DNA of 64,000 bases from the IMG/VR virus record IMGVR_UViG_3300027969_000046, one strand, 5' to 3'. Numbering within the stretch: position 1 is the stretch's first letter; every line of letters starts with the position of its first letter. Origin of the DNA: a virus. Below the pieces are notes generated by a model. It was not told where the DNA came from. It saw nothing but the letters and a program-made list of their open reading frames with translations, and made no database searches. The translations under genes were made by a program, and so were the position numbers. Below, one piece after another: positions 28,015 through 37,118 of this stretch.

Positions 28015-28404
28015 ATGGCAAAAGCTGCTAAAAAAATGAAGTTGAAACCCTTTCAGAAATTATTGACAGTAATGATTTCTGGTAAGCAAGTTAGTAAAGA
28101 ACAGATTGAAACTTTGCTTGGCAAAGAAATTCAAATGTACCGTATTTCCACATATATGTGGCATATCAAAACTAATGCCAATGGCATTATCAAAGTGGTT
28201 AAAGATGGCCGTAAAGTATCAGGCTATCAACTAATCAATGTGGCTGAAGTGAAAGACTACATGAAGCGTGTTGGTGTGTTAGATGCAGGTTTTGTTCCTG
28301 TATCAACATTGGCTGACTTGAAGGCACCAGAAGTTGCAGTTGCCAAGAAAGTTAAAGCTACACCAGTCGCAGAAGAAATGTCTGTAACTGAAATTACCGA
28401 GTAA
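28015..28404 (+). CDS. Putative winged-helix DNA-binding protein
   Basis: Basic N-terminus; helix-turn-helix-like VSKEQIETLLG...ISTYMWHIK followed by a beta-hairpin (VVKDGRKVSGYQL). Confidence 0.5.
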   Translation: MAKAAKKMKLKPFQKLLTVMISGKQVSKEQIETLLGKEIQMYRISTYMWHIKTNANGIIKVVKDGRKVSGYQLINVAEVKDYMKRVGVLDAGFVPVSTLADLKAPEVAVAKKVKATPVAEEMSVTEITE

Positions 28405-28411
28405 TAGTTTT

Positions 28412-28585
28412 TGCTAATGGGAGAATAGCGGGACTTCATGCGAGCTTGTAAGTCGGAGATGCCGAGTATCTATGGTACTGTAAAAATGGATCGTCCGCAT
28501 TTAAAGTGCTCATACAGGAGAAGTCCGCTCATTCTTAAACAACAGCATTATGCTCGCTGTGAAGCGCCAGTTGTGTCCCTTAGCA
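28412..28585 (+). ncRNA. Candidate ~175-nt structured RNA
   Basis: GC-rich intergenic segment with several nested complementary stems (see findings). Confidence 0.6.
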
Positions 28586-28610
28586 TCTTTTTAAATTACA
28601 GAAAGGTTAT

Positions 28611-28835
28611 ATGAGCATATTGGATTTAAAGGCAAGACCTGTAATCGAATTTGATGCTAGTAATCCTCAACACCGTAAATATTTTGCTGCTTTCATAAAG
28701 AGAAAATCTTGGGGTTATATTCCTATCAGATTTGCGGTTCGTGGCTCTCGTACCGATTTGGTTACACAAATTGAAAGAGATTTGGTTGACTATTATGTAT
28801 ATAAAGAATTTAAAGTAAAGAACACATACAGATGA
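28611..28835 (+). CDS. Hypothetical protein
   Basis: ORF with RBS; FDASNPQHRK...SWG.PIRF. Confidence 0.6.
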   Translation: MSILDLKARPVIEFDASNPQHRKYFAAFIKRKSWGYIPIRFAVRGSRTDLVTQIERDLVDYYVYKEFKVKNTYR

Positions 28836-29104
28836 ATAATAAACAAAAAGAAGTTTTATCAATTGCTCAAGAAGAATGTGGTGAAGTCATTGTAGCAATT
28901 AGTAAAATCTTCCGTTTTGGTTTTGATTCTCGTTGGCCTGAAGGTGGTGTCGATAATCGAGCCAGACTTACGGAAGAATTGGGTGATTTGATGGCGATGA
29001 TTAAATTAATGAGTGAACACGGCATTATTGATATTGAAGAAATGTCCAAAGCGGGTGAACGAAAGATAACCAAACTAAAAACTTGGTCGAAATTATATGA
29101 TTAA
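28832..29104 (+). CDS. MazG-like NTP pyrophosphohydrolase
   Basis: QEECGEV...SKIFRFG...LTEELGDL. Confidence 0.8.
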   Translation: MNNKQKEVLSIAQEECGEVIVAISKIFRFGFDSRWPEGGVDNRARLTEELGDLMAMIKLMSEHGIIDIEEMSKAGERKITKLKTWSKLYD

Positions 29105-29179
29105 TACATGGGCATTGGTTTTATGGATTGGTGTTACAAGTAATAATACCATCCATGAGCAATTTACAAGCAAAGAAAA

Positions 29180-29956
29180 ATGTTTAGAATCTCAAAGAAC
29201 AATGGCAAACGCATTAGCTTCGGTAAGTTCAAAAGTAAATGCCGTTTGTCGACCTATACAGCGTTAATGTTGTTGGCATTTAATGCTAACGCTGTAACTG
29301 GTGTCGGTGAGTACCGATTTGGTCCCGATACTGCTGAGAATTTTGCTTGTGAAGTTGCGGAAATTAAAGCAAAAGAAGATGCTTTGATTAAGTCCAATGG
29401 TGAATACTTGGACTCAGCTATAGAAGAAATTTGTTTAAGTGAAGAATGTAGGTTTAACAGACAGACATACAGTAAGATTGAAGGCAACATTAAATCAATT
29501 ACTGATATTAGAAAATCTGTTAAAGTAGAGCAAGGATACAAAACTTGTATTGTTACCATTTCTGCTAATGTAGAAAGATTTAGGAATACAATTGAGTTTG
29601 TAGTTGATGGTAAGTATGATTTGAAACACGGAGAAATTGTTGAATTTGTTGGCAGTTCTAACCAAGAAGGCAATCTATTCGTATTCAATTATTATGATGG
29701 TAAGTATGTGAGAATCATACAACATAGAATTGCCACAAAATGGCAAAAATATATGTTACCATCCAAGCCATCAGTATTAAAAGCACAAGTGCCTGAAGGC
29801 CAAGTGCAGAGTAAAGAGTTGTTGTTGTTTTTATTTGTGACCAACGATGTGTCTATGAAAAGTAGTTATACCGATAACGAATTGAAATCGGTTATTGCTC
29901 AGATACCAGCGAATTCTCGCAAGGTTATCACAAGACATATTAATATTATGAGGTAG
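29180..29956 (+). CDS. Exported protein, C-terminal DUF4384-like Ig domain (true start may be 29267)
   Basis: LLAFNANA signal-like segment, paired Cys, beta-rich C-terminus. Confidence 0.5.
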   Translation: MFRISKNNGKRISFGKFKSKCRLSTYTALMLLAFNANAVTGVGEYRFGPDTAENFACEVAEIKAKEDALIKSNGEYLDSAIEEICLSEECRFNRQTYSKIEGNIKSITDIRKSVKVEQGYKTCIVTISANVERFRNTIEFVVDGKYDLKHGEIVEFVGSSNQEGNLFVFNYYDGKYVRIIQHRIATKWQKYMLPSKPSVLKAQVPEGQVQSKELLLFLFVTNDVSMKSSYTDNELKSVIAQIPANSRKVITRHINIMR

Positions 29957-29959
29957 TTT

Positions 29960-30670
29960 ATGAAAAAGAAGTTATTAGTAGCACTAGTCCCACTAATTCT
30001 ATTGTCGGCTTGCGGTAGCGTACCAAAGCAAGGTGACTCTGCCAGTTTATTTGGCAAAGGCGCTAAGTCTGGTGATACTGTGGCTTTTCCTGAATGGTAT
30101 TATGCAAAGCCAGATGATAGCGCTCTCTACTCGGTATCATCCGAGTATTCCAAAGATTTACAATTTGCAGTTGATAAATCCATGCTATCAGCAAAGCGTG
30201 AATTAGCAGGCAAGTATTCATCATATGTTTCTGCTATGATGAAAGACTTTACCGCAGAAGTTGGTAATTCAGATGACATTAGCCGTGATATCGAAAGAAC
30301 AACCAAACTGTTAATTGCACAAGTGAATTTAATTGGCATTAGGCGTGTCCATTTTGAAGTTCGCCATGAAGGCGCAGGCTATCGCTCATTCGTCCAGTTA
30401 CGATATTCATTAGATGATTCTAACCGATTGTTGGTTGAGAAGATTCGTGCTGATAGAAAACTAGATTTAGCCTTGCGTAAGTCGGCAGCGTTCCGTGAAT
30501 TAGAAGATTCAGTTGATAAAGCTAATGGTGTGCCAAAAGCCGAATCTAAACCAGTTGAACCTGCTACTACTGATTTGACTGCTAAACCAGTTTCGATGAA
30601 AGCAACAATTAGTGATTCCAATTCTGCTATCACTAAAGGTATTGATGAAACACCTGTGAAAGTTAATTAA
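29960..30670 (+). CDS. Lipoprotein (LPP20-like)
   Basis: MKKKLLVALVPLILLSA-C lipobox; PEWY, AKRELA. Confidence 0.75.
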   Translation: MKKKLLVALVPLILLSACGSVPKQGDSASLFGKGAKSGDTVAFPEWYYAKPDDSALYSVSSEYSKDLQFAVDKSMLSAKRELAGKYSSYVSAMMKDFTAEVGNSDDISRDIERTTKLLIAQVNLIGIRRVHFEVRHEGAGYRSFVQLRYSLDDSNRLLVEKIRADRKLDLALRKSAAFRELEDSVDKANGVPKAESKPVEPATTDLTAKPVSMKATISDSNSAITKGIDETPVKVN

Positions 30671-31269
30671 TGAATTTAGACCAGAAGTATCTAGCGCTTG
30701 ACCTAGAGTTAAATAATGCTCAAGATGGTTCAACACCAAACCCAAAGATTATTCAAGTTGGTGTTGCCATCGGTTCTGCTAGAGAAAACCCTAAAGAATG
30801 GATTACTAAGAAGTGGTATGTTAAGATTAACGACCCAATTTACCCATTCATTACGGATTTAACTGGTATCACTACACAAGATATTCAACAATTTGGTATG
30901 ACACACTATGACATTGGCCAAGAGTTGAGTAGATTAATTAAAGAGCATGATGTATTCGTAAATCCTGTAACTTGGGGTGGAGGAGATTCTACCGAGTTGA
31001 AGGATGAATTCGATAAGCATGGTATTGAGTTTAGACATTTTGGTCGCCGATGGATTGATGTAAAGACTTGGTATACACTAAGACTGCTTGCAAATGGCAA
31101 AAGACCAGCGGGTGGTTTATCATCAGCAATGGGTGTTTATAAATTACAGTTTGAAGGCGAAGCACACCGAGCTGATGTTGATGCCTACAATACATTAAGG
31201 TTGTTTTTTGAAATTTTAAAAAGGCAAAAACAGATGCTGGATACAGTATCACTAGCGAAAGGTTTATGA
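30670..31269 (+). CDS. DEDDh 3'-5' exonuclease
   Basis: LDLE, IIQVG, LTGIT, WGGGD, HRADVDA. Confidence 0.88.
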   Translation: MNLDQKYLALDLELNNAQDGSTPNPKIIQVGVAIGSARENPKEWITKKWYVKINDPIYPFITDLTGITTQDIQQFGMTHYDIGQELSRLIKEHDVFVNPVTWGGGDSTELKDEFDKHGIEFRHFGRRWIDVKTWYTLRLLANGKRPAGGLSSAMGVYKLQFEGEAHRADVDAYNTLRLFFEILKRQKQMLDTVSLAKGL

Positions 31270-31542
31270 TGAAAAAGTTTTTGAATTACCTCAAATATAG
31301 TGGATTAAATGTTACAATTAAGTTTAATCCCTATCACTGGCGATTAGCTGCAAATTATTTTGTAACTAATGAAGCATGGGAACAAGACGCTCTGGTAATA
31401 GAGATTCTCCCAATAACTGTAAGACTTTGGATTGATGACGGAGAATGGTAATGATAATGAATTTATTTAATAAGATTTTTGGTAAAAAGAAACAATATGA
31501 CTTTGCACCTTTAGAACAGGTGATGAGAGAATGGGCTAAAAA

Positions 31543-32085
31543 GTGAACATATTTTATCTTGACCATGATGCTGTTAAATGTGCGGAATATCACAATGACA
31601 AACACGTGGTTAAGATGATTTTAGAATATGCTCAGCTTCTTTCTACTGCTCATCGTGTGCTTGACGGCACTATCTCTGTTCGGCTCTCTAAAACTGGTCG
31701 AAAGCAAAATTGGTATCATCTTGGTGATTCTCGTGATAATGTTCTTTATAGTGCTACTCACATTAATCATCCTTCCGCTAAGTGGTGTAGAGATTCTAAT
31801 GATAATTACCAATGGCTCTACGAATTGTTCTGTGCCACCTGTAATGAATACACCTTCCGCTATGGGAAAACTCATCTAACAGACAAGAAGCTTCGTCATG
31901 TATTGGCACAATCACCAAAAAATATTTCACACGACCCATTTGAAGCACCTTGGCGTGCTATGCCAGACGAAGTGAAAATCGGTGATGATTCTCTCGCTTC
32001 CTATCGGAACTACTATATAAAGAACAAGTCGCATTTAGCGAATTGGAAAAAACGAAAGGTTCCTGATTGGTATGCCAACATATAA
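31543..32085 (+). CDS. Pyrimidine-dimer DNA glycosylase (DenV-like family)
   Basis: NIFYLD...HNDKHVVKMILEYAQLLSTAH, THINHPS, EYTFRYGK.H, YRNYY. Confidence 0.8.
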   Translation: MNIFYLDHDAVKCAEYHNDKHVVKMILEYAQLLSTAHRVLDGTISVRLSKTGRKQNWYHLGDSRDNVLYSATHINHPSAKWCRDSNDNYQWLYELFCATCNEYTFRYGKTHLTDKKLRHVLAQSPKNISHDPFEAPWRAMPDEVKIGDDSLASYRNYYIKNKSHLANWKKRKVPDWYANI

Positions 32086-32398
32086 TTTTATTGATACCGA
32101 AACTGGTGAAGAAATTGAAAAGTTCATGTCATGGTCACAGCGTGAAGAATTCTTAAAAGAAAATCCTAATATCGAAGTGATTATTACCGCACCTGCAATT
32201 GTATCATCAAGAGGTGGTACAAATGACCAAAAGGCTGGCGATGGATGGAGAGAAGTGTTATCTAAGGTAGCAGAGAAACATCCTGGCTCGGTTGTTGGTG
32301 AACGATATGGTAAAAAATCTATCAAAGAAGCAAGAAGTTCTCAGGTGGTTAAAAAACACGTTGACAGGATTACAAAAAGATTGCAGAACAAACGATGA
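32072..32398 (+). CDS. FmdB-like small protein lacking the Cys ligands
   Basis: MPTYNF..TETGE, GWREVLSKV...HPGS. Confidence 0.6.
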   Translation: MPTYNFIDTETGEEIEKFMSWSQREEFLKENPNIEVIITAPAIVSSRGGTNDQKAGDGWREVLSKVAEKHPGSVVGERYGKKSIKEARSSQVVKKHVDRITKRLQNKR

Positions 32399-33081
32399 TT
32401 TTTAACCATGTCAAACTACCAGAATTAGATTTTGAATTAGAAGCAAAGACTACTGAAAAAGGTAGAGTATATTACACACCTTCAGGTAAAGCTTATCCAT
32501 CGGTAACAACCGTATTAGGTTCTTTATCTAAAGCAGGTATTGATGCATGGCGAAAAAAGATTGGTGAAGAAGAAGCCAATAAAATCTCTGGTCGTGCTAG
32601 TCGTAGAGGTGAGGCATTACATTTAGCTTGTGAAAAATACTTGTTGAACGAAATGGACTTTAAGATGAAACGAAAATTGATGCCAAACATCAAGGAGTTA
32701 TTCTTACAGTTACAACCATACCTTGATACTAATATCGGCAACATCTATTCTATTGAGCAACCACTTTATTCAGATAATTTAAAGATTGCTGGTCGAGTTG
32801 ACTGTATTGCTGAATGGGATAATGAAATTGCGGTGATTGACTTTAAAACTTCCACTAAAGAGAAGCTAGAAGGTTACATTCAAAACTATTTTCAACAATG
32901 TACCTGTTATGCAGAAATGTTTGAAGAAATTACAGGCAAACCAATTGACAGAATCGTTGTGGTAATTGCCGTTGAAGATGGGCAATCACAGGTCTTTGTT
33001 CGTAGCAAGAAGGCATACTTGCCTCCATTGAAACAAACCATCAGCGATTATTACCTCAAAAATAAGATGGTTGTAGTATAA
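32395..33081 (+). CDS. PD-(D/E)XK exonuclease
   Basis: R.YYTP.G..YPSVTTVL, RG...H, AGRVDCI, IDFKTS, Q...YA. Confidence 0.88.
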   Translation: MIFNHVKLPELDFELEAKTTEKGRVYYTPSGKAYPSVTTVLGSLSKAGIDAWRKKIGEEEANKISGRASRRGEALHLACEKYLLNEMDFKMKRKLMPNIKELFLQLQPYLDTNIGNIYSIEQPLYSDNLKIAGRVDCIAEWDNEIAVIDFKTSTKEKLEGYIQNYFQQCTCYAEMFEEITGKPIDRIVVVIAVEDGQSQVFVRSKKAYLPPLKQTISDYYLKNKMVVV

Positions 33082-33082
33082 T
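33051..33082 (+). promoter_or_regulatory. Class-2 promoter TTACC-N21-TATAAT
   Basis: Same spacing as at 4286, 12447 and 17206. Confidence 0.45.
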
Positions 33083-33306
33083 AGCTTCACTATGCCACTT
33101 ATTACTGAAACAATCCACGAAGTTATTGATAATCCGCCAACGATTCATAAGTATGATGAGTTTGTGGATGCCAATATGTTTTATGTTGTCTTATTTGCAA
33201 CATTGGTAATCTATATTCTTAGAAAACCTATGTTGTTTATATTTGGCCTTATTTTCAAGTTATCTCTAGCGAGTGCATTTGTTTATTATTGTTATACACT
33301 TACAAA

Positions 33307-33924
33307 ATGAAAATCTATATCTCAAAATACCGTAGTCATTGGGTTTCTCCATATAAAATCTTGGAGAAAATATATTTTTGGCGTGAAATTGATTATGATG
33401 AACCTATCATTAAGAAATGGTCTGACCGATTACAGCCTTTTTGTGAAGCGTGGCAAAAGTTTTTAGATACGGTTCATCCTAGAATTCAATATGTTAAGAT
33501 TGACCAATGGGACACTTGGTCGATGGATCATACCTTAGCATATGTTGTTTTACCAATGTTGAAACAATTAAAAGAAACAAAACACGGTGCACCAATGACC
33601 GATGATGAAGATGTTCCTGATAACCTTAAAAGCACAAGTGCAAAACCAAAAGAAGATGAATGGGATACAGATGAGTTCCATTTCCAAAGATGGGATTGGA
33701 TCCTTGATGAGATGATTTGGGCTTTTGAAAGAAAAACGATTGATGATGATGAATCTGAATTCTTTGACCATTCAGAAAATGAACCTGGTGGTTTTCCTTG
33801 GGATAAAGATGGTGCATATGTAAGTAAAACCAAAGTTGATTGGGAAGGTTTGAAAGCACACCAAGCAAGAAAGACAAATGGCTATCGCCTGTTTGGTAAA
33901 TATTACGAAGCACTTTGGGATTAA
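33307..33924 (+). CDS. Conserved phage hypothetical protein
   Basis: DTWSMDHTLA..LPMLKQL...HGAP, LDEMIWAF, LFGKYY..LWD. Confidence 0.7.
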   Translation: MKIYISKYRSHWVSPYKILEKIYFWREIDYDEPIIKKWSDRLQPFCEAWQKFLDTVHPRIQYVKIDQWDTWSMDHTLAYVVLPMLKQLKETKHGAPMTDDEDVPDNLKSTSAKPKEDEWDTDEFHFQRWDWILDEMIWAFERKTIDDDESEFFDHSENEPGGFPWDKDGAYVSKTKVDWEGLKAHQARKTNGYRLFGKYYEALWD

Positions 33925-33926
33925 TT

Positions 33927-34493
33927 ATGGATAAAGATTTAAGGTCATATGTAAAAGTTTATGACAATTGGCTTGATGCTGATAAGTGTAAACAAACCAT
34001 TGTTGAAATGGAAAATGCTAATTGGCAACAACACACATTTTATAATGCTTCTACTGGAGAATATTCCAGTCGAAGTGGTAATCGTGAGCTAGATATTGCT
34101 TATGGGAATATTTCCACTAAACCATATATCATGCAAAGAATTTGGGACTCATATCAAAAATATATTAATGAATTAAATTTTCCTTGGTTCTCAGGATGGC
34201 AAGGATTTAGCGAAGTGAGATTCAATAAGTATAGTGAAGATAGATTAATGGCATTACATTGTGACCATATTCATTCATTATTTGAAGGTGAAAAGAAAGG
34301 CATTCCTACAATGACCTTTCTAGCTATCCTCAATGATGATTATGAAGGTGGAGAATTTATTATGTGGGGTGATGAAGAAATTAAATTTAAAACTGGTTCA
34401 GCAGTAGTTTTTCCATCAGTATTTTTATTTCCACACGGAGTGCAACCAGTAACTAAAGGAACAAGGTATAGTTGCGTATCTTGGGCTTGGTAA
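33927..34493 (+). CDS. 2OG-Fe(II) oxygenase (prolyl-4-hydroxylase-like)
   Basis: HCD, LNDDYEGGEF, FPSVFLFPHGV.PVTKGTRYS. Confidence 0.88.
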   Translation: MDKDLRSYVKVYDNWLDADKCKQTIVEMENANWQQHTFYNASTGEYSSRSGNRELDIAYGNISTKPYIMQRIWDSYQKYINELNFPWFSGWQGFSEVRFNKYSEDRLMALHCDHIHSLFEGEKKGIPTMTFLAILNDDYEGGEFIMWGDEEIKFKTGSAVVFPSVFLFPHGVQPVTKGTRYSCVSWAW

Positions 34494-34496
34494 GCT

Positions 34497-34504
34497 TATA
34501 AATA
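34497..34504 (+). promoter_or_regulatory. T4-type late promoter
   Basis: TATAAATA. Confidence 0.8.
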
Positions 34505-34556
34505 GATTATCAGCACAACACACAATCGCTGATACTACACACACAGGAGTATTACA

Positions 34557-34829
34557 ATGTCAATGACACCTTATGAGATACGGCTAGAACTCTTAAAAAT
34601 GGCCAAAGATATGCTCACCGATGACTACTATGGTCAGCGTGAGATTATATCAAACAGTTGGCAAACCCAAATCGAGAGTGCTCGATTAAAAGGCGAAACA
34701 CCGCCTACACATCCGGGTTTTCCATTATTCCCAAACGAAAACGAAATTATAAAGAAAGCAGAAGCTCTCAATGGTTTCGTATCTCAAACTCCAGCAGCCG
34801 CTGAAGTAAAAACCAAGAAATCATCTTGA
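34557..34829 (+). CDS. Conserved T4-like hypothetical protein
   Basis: TPYEIRLELLKMAKDML...EIIKKAEALNGFVS. Confidence 0.7.
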   Translation: MSMTPYEIRLELLKMAKDMLTDDYYGQREIISNSWQTQIESARLKGETPPTHPGFPLFPNENEIIKKAEALNGFVSQTPAAAEVKTKKSS

Positions 34830-34878
34830 TTGGGACGGGGAGCCTGCGGCTCTCCGGCAAAAAACACAGGAGAAAACA

Positions 34879-35445
34879 TTGCGAAGTAAAACGATACTAA
34901 CAAGTATAATATTATCAGCATCAATATTACTGTTTGCAGTTACAGCAACAGAAAATATTAACACTTATCATTTGCCGTTCAACATCAGCTATAATTCGTT
35001 ATCGAAACCTATTCAAAAACAGGTAGATTGTCTTGCTGAAAATATTTACTATGAAGCTAAAAGTGAACCAAGAGAAGGCCAAGTTGCCGTTGCTCTTGTA
35101 ACACTAAACAGATTAGCGTCAGGTAATTATGGTGAAGATGTATGTGGTGTAGTTAACCAAAAAACAAATGGCATTTGCCAGTTCAGTTGGGTATGTCAAC
35201 CATTCTTTGCCACGAAAAGCTTGACAGCGACCAACAATTCGATGTATAATGATATTCGTAATCTAGCAGTATATGTGCTTATGAATTATGACAATATAGG
35301 TGATGTAACAAAAGGTGCAACCTACTATCATGCAGACTATGTTAATCCTCAATGGGGATTGCCAAAGACTACACAGATAGGCAGACATATATTCTATAAG
35401 AGAAATACAGACATACAAACGATGAAAAAGGAGATAAAACTATGA
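34879..35445 (+). CDS. Cell-wall hydrolase, SleB/Hydrolase_2 family (TTG start)
   Basis: CLAENIYYEAKSE, AVALVTLNR, CQFSW, GATYYHADYVNP.W, IGRHIFY. Confidence 0.9.
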   Translation: MRSKTILTSIILSASILLFAVTATENINTYHLPFNISYNSLSKPIQKQVDCLAENIYYEAKSEPREGQVAVALVTLNRLASGNYGEDVCGVVNQKTNGICQFSWVCQPFFATKSLTATNNSMYNDIRNLAVYVLMNYDNIGDVTKGATYYHADYVNPQWGLPKTTQIGRHIFYKRNTDIQTMKKEIKL

Positions 35446-35669
35446 GTGAATTGCTCAAAGATATTAAGACAATAGTTATTGGTGTATCAACCGTGATTTT
35501 ATCGGTTATTATTGGTGCCACCTATTATAATGTCAACGACCGAATTCTAATGTCAAAGAACATTGATTCGGCTATCGCAAAAGGATTGGATCCAATTTCG
35601 GTTCGTTGTTCATTTGTAACCAATACAGATACAGTATGTGTAGCATACGCAGCTTCAAGTAAAAAATAA
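35442..35669 (+). CDS. Small membrane protein
   Basis: One TM segment, GLDPISVRC. Confidence 0.6.
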   Translation: MSELLKDIKTIVIGVSTVILSVIIGATYYNVNDRILMSKNIDSAIAKGLDPISVRCSFVTNTDTVCVAYAASSKK

Positions 35670-35684
35670 ACAGAAAGGTATATT

Positions 35685-35957
35685 ATGGCAGTAGTTCAAT
35701 TGAGTATTAATCAGATTTCGAATCCAGCAGACCAGAAGAAACTTTTGGATTGCTTGCGTGAGTGTTCCGCTTCGATGACTAGGATGGAAGGTGAAAAAGA
35801 TTACATTAAAGAATCCAGCACCGCCATTGCTAAAGATTTGCAGTTGCCTAAAAAATTGGTTGCAAAACTAATTAAGGTTTACCACAAACAAAACTATGAT
35901 GAGGAAGTTGCAACACATGAACAATTTGAAGCCCTCTACGAAACAATCGTTAAGTGA
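35685..35957 (+). CDS. dsbA: T4 DsbA-like dsDNA-binding protein
   Basis: KDYIKE...KKLVAKLIKVYHKQNYDEE...EALYE; synteny with gp33/59/32. Confidence 0.75.
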   Translation: MAVVQLSINQISNPADQKKLLDCLRECSASMTRMEGEKDYIKESSTAIAKDLQLPKKLVAKLIKVYHKQNYDEEVATHEQFEALYETIVK

Positions 35958-36306
35958 TGTTTTAAGTTTAGTTGCTTTAACAATATGCACCATCATATTA
36001 GTGGCATATATTGTGTATAATTATGGCCATAAAAGTCATGGCATAATGTATGATTGTAGGTTGGCGGAGATATCACCTGATTTTCCGCCTGAAGTTAGAA
36101 ATGAATGTCGTAAATTGAGGAGTATTAGACAATGAGTAAGTTTACATTTATTTGCCAAGAAGATGCCATGCCATGGGCAGCAGGTATCGAATCTAAAAAG
36201 ACAGTTGAATTCAACGGTGAAACTCTAAGTGATATCGTTGGAGAATTTGAAATGTTTTTAAAAGGTTGTGGTTTCCATTTCGAAGGACATTTGGAATTGG
36301 TAGACG

Positions 36307-36534
36307 ATGATGCCGACTAAAGACGAAATGATGAAGTTCGCTAAAGAGATTGATAAGTTAGTTGCTGAAACTAGCTACAACTATATTGAAGCCATTGTGG
36401 AACATTGCAAACGCACAGGACTGGAAATTGAAGTAGCCTCGACCTTGGTCAATGCTAATTTAAAAGCTAGAATTGAAAACGATGCAATGGAACACAATAT
36501 GTTAAAGAATAAGAGTCCTAGATTGCCTATATGA
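36307..36534 (+). CDS. gp33: Late-transcription co-activator gp33
   Basis: F.KEID.LV..SYNYIEAIVEHC...EIE...LKARIENDA; synteny. Confidence 0.85.
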   Translation: MMPTKDEMMKFAKEIDKLVAETSYNYIEAIVEHCKRTGLEIEVASTLVNANLKARIENDAMEHNMLKNKSPRLPI

Positions 36535-37118
36535 CAGGCTACGAAGCCTTTTCCATTTATCACACACTAAAATTACACTTTACCAGCGACTATGATTATT
36601 TCAAGTATAATGGTAAGTGTAATATTAGTCCCAGCACATTTGAGAATCGTAGGGACAAATACCATTTCTACAAGCTCTCACGCAAGTATCCAAACAAAGA
36701 CGAATATACTCAATTTGTAATTGCCAATTTATTTGCTAATAATAAATGTTGGGCAGGTGATTTGTTACAGGAAGAAGCTGATATTGCCTTCAAAGAAAGG
36801 CAGAAAGTTGTCCAATCCATGGCATACATTTTTGAGAATGATTGTAAAGTTATTTTCGAAGATTGTAAAGATCCGAATGATGTATTGTCAAGTAATGGAG
36901 AACATCCTAGACTGTTAACGATGGCTCTGCGTAAGGAGATAGCACCAGAATCTCTAATCGTCCTAAACTCGATCCTACAATTCTTGCCAATGTGGGACAG
37001 GAAGATTACCGATACTATACGATGGCCTGATTACAGGCAGAGTTTGGTAAAGTATGCCTCTTTTCTTACCTTAGATGTAGTAAAATATAAGTTATTGTTG
37101 AGAAAGATTATATTATGA
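36531..37118 (+). CDS. gp59: Helicase loader gp59
   Basis: Y..LKLHFTS.YDYFKYNGK, F.NRRDKYHFYKLSRK. Confidence 0.88.
   Translation: MTGYEAFSIYHTLKLHFTSDYDYFKYNGKCNISPSTFENRRDKYHFYKLSRKYPNKDEYTQFVIANLFANNKCWAGDLLQEEADIAFKERQKVVQSMAYIFENDCKVIFEDCKDPNDVLSSNGEHPRLLTMALRKEIAPESLIVLNSILQFLPMWDRKITDTIRWPDYRQSLVKYASFLTLDVVKYKLLLRKIIL

Noticed and set aside
32395-33081. Cas4
   Set aside because: Lacks the Cys cluster and any CRISPR context; ordinary T4-like PD-(D/E)XK exonuclease
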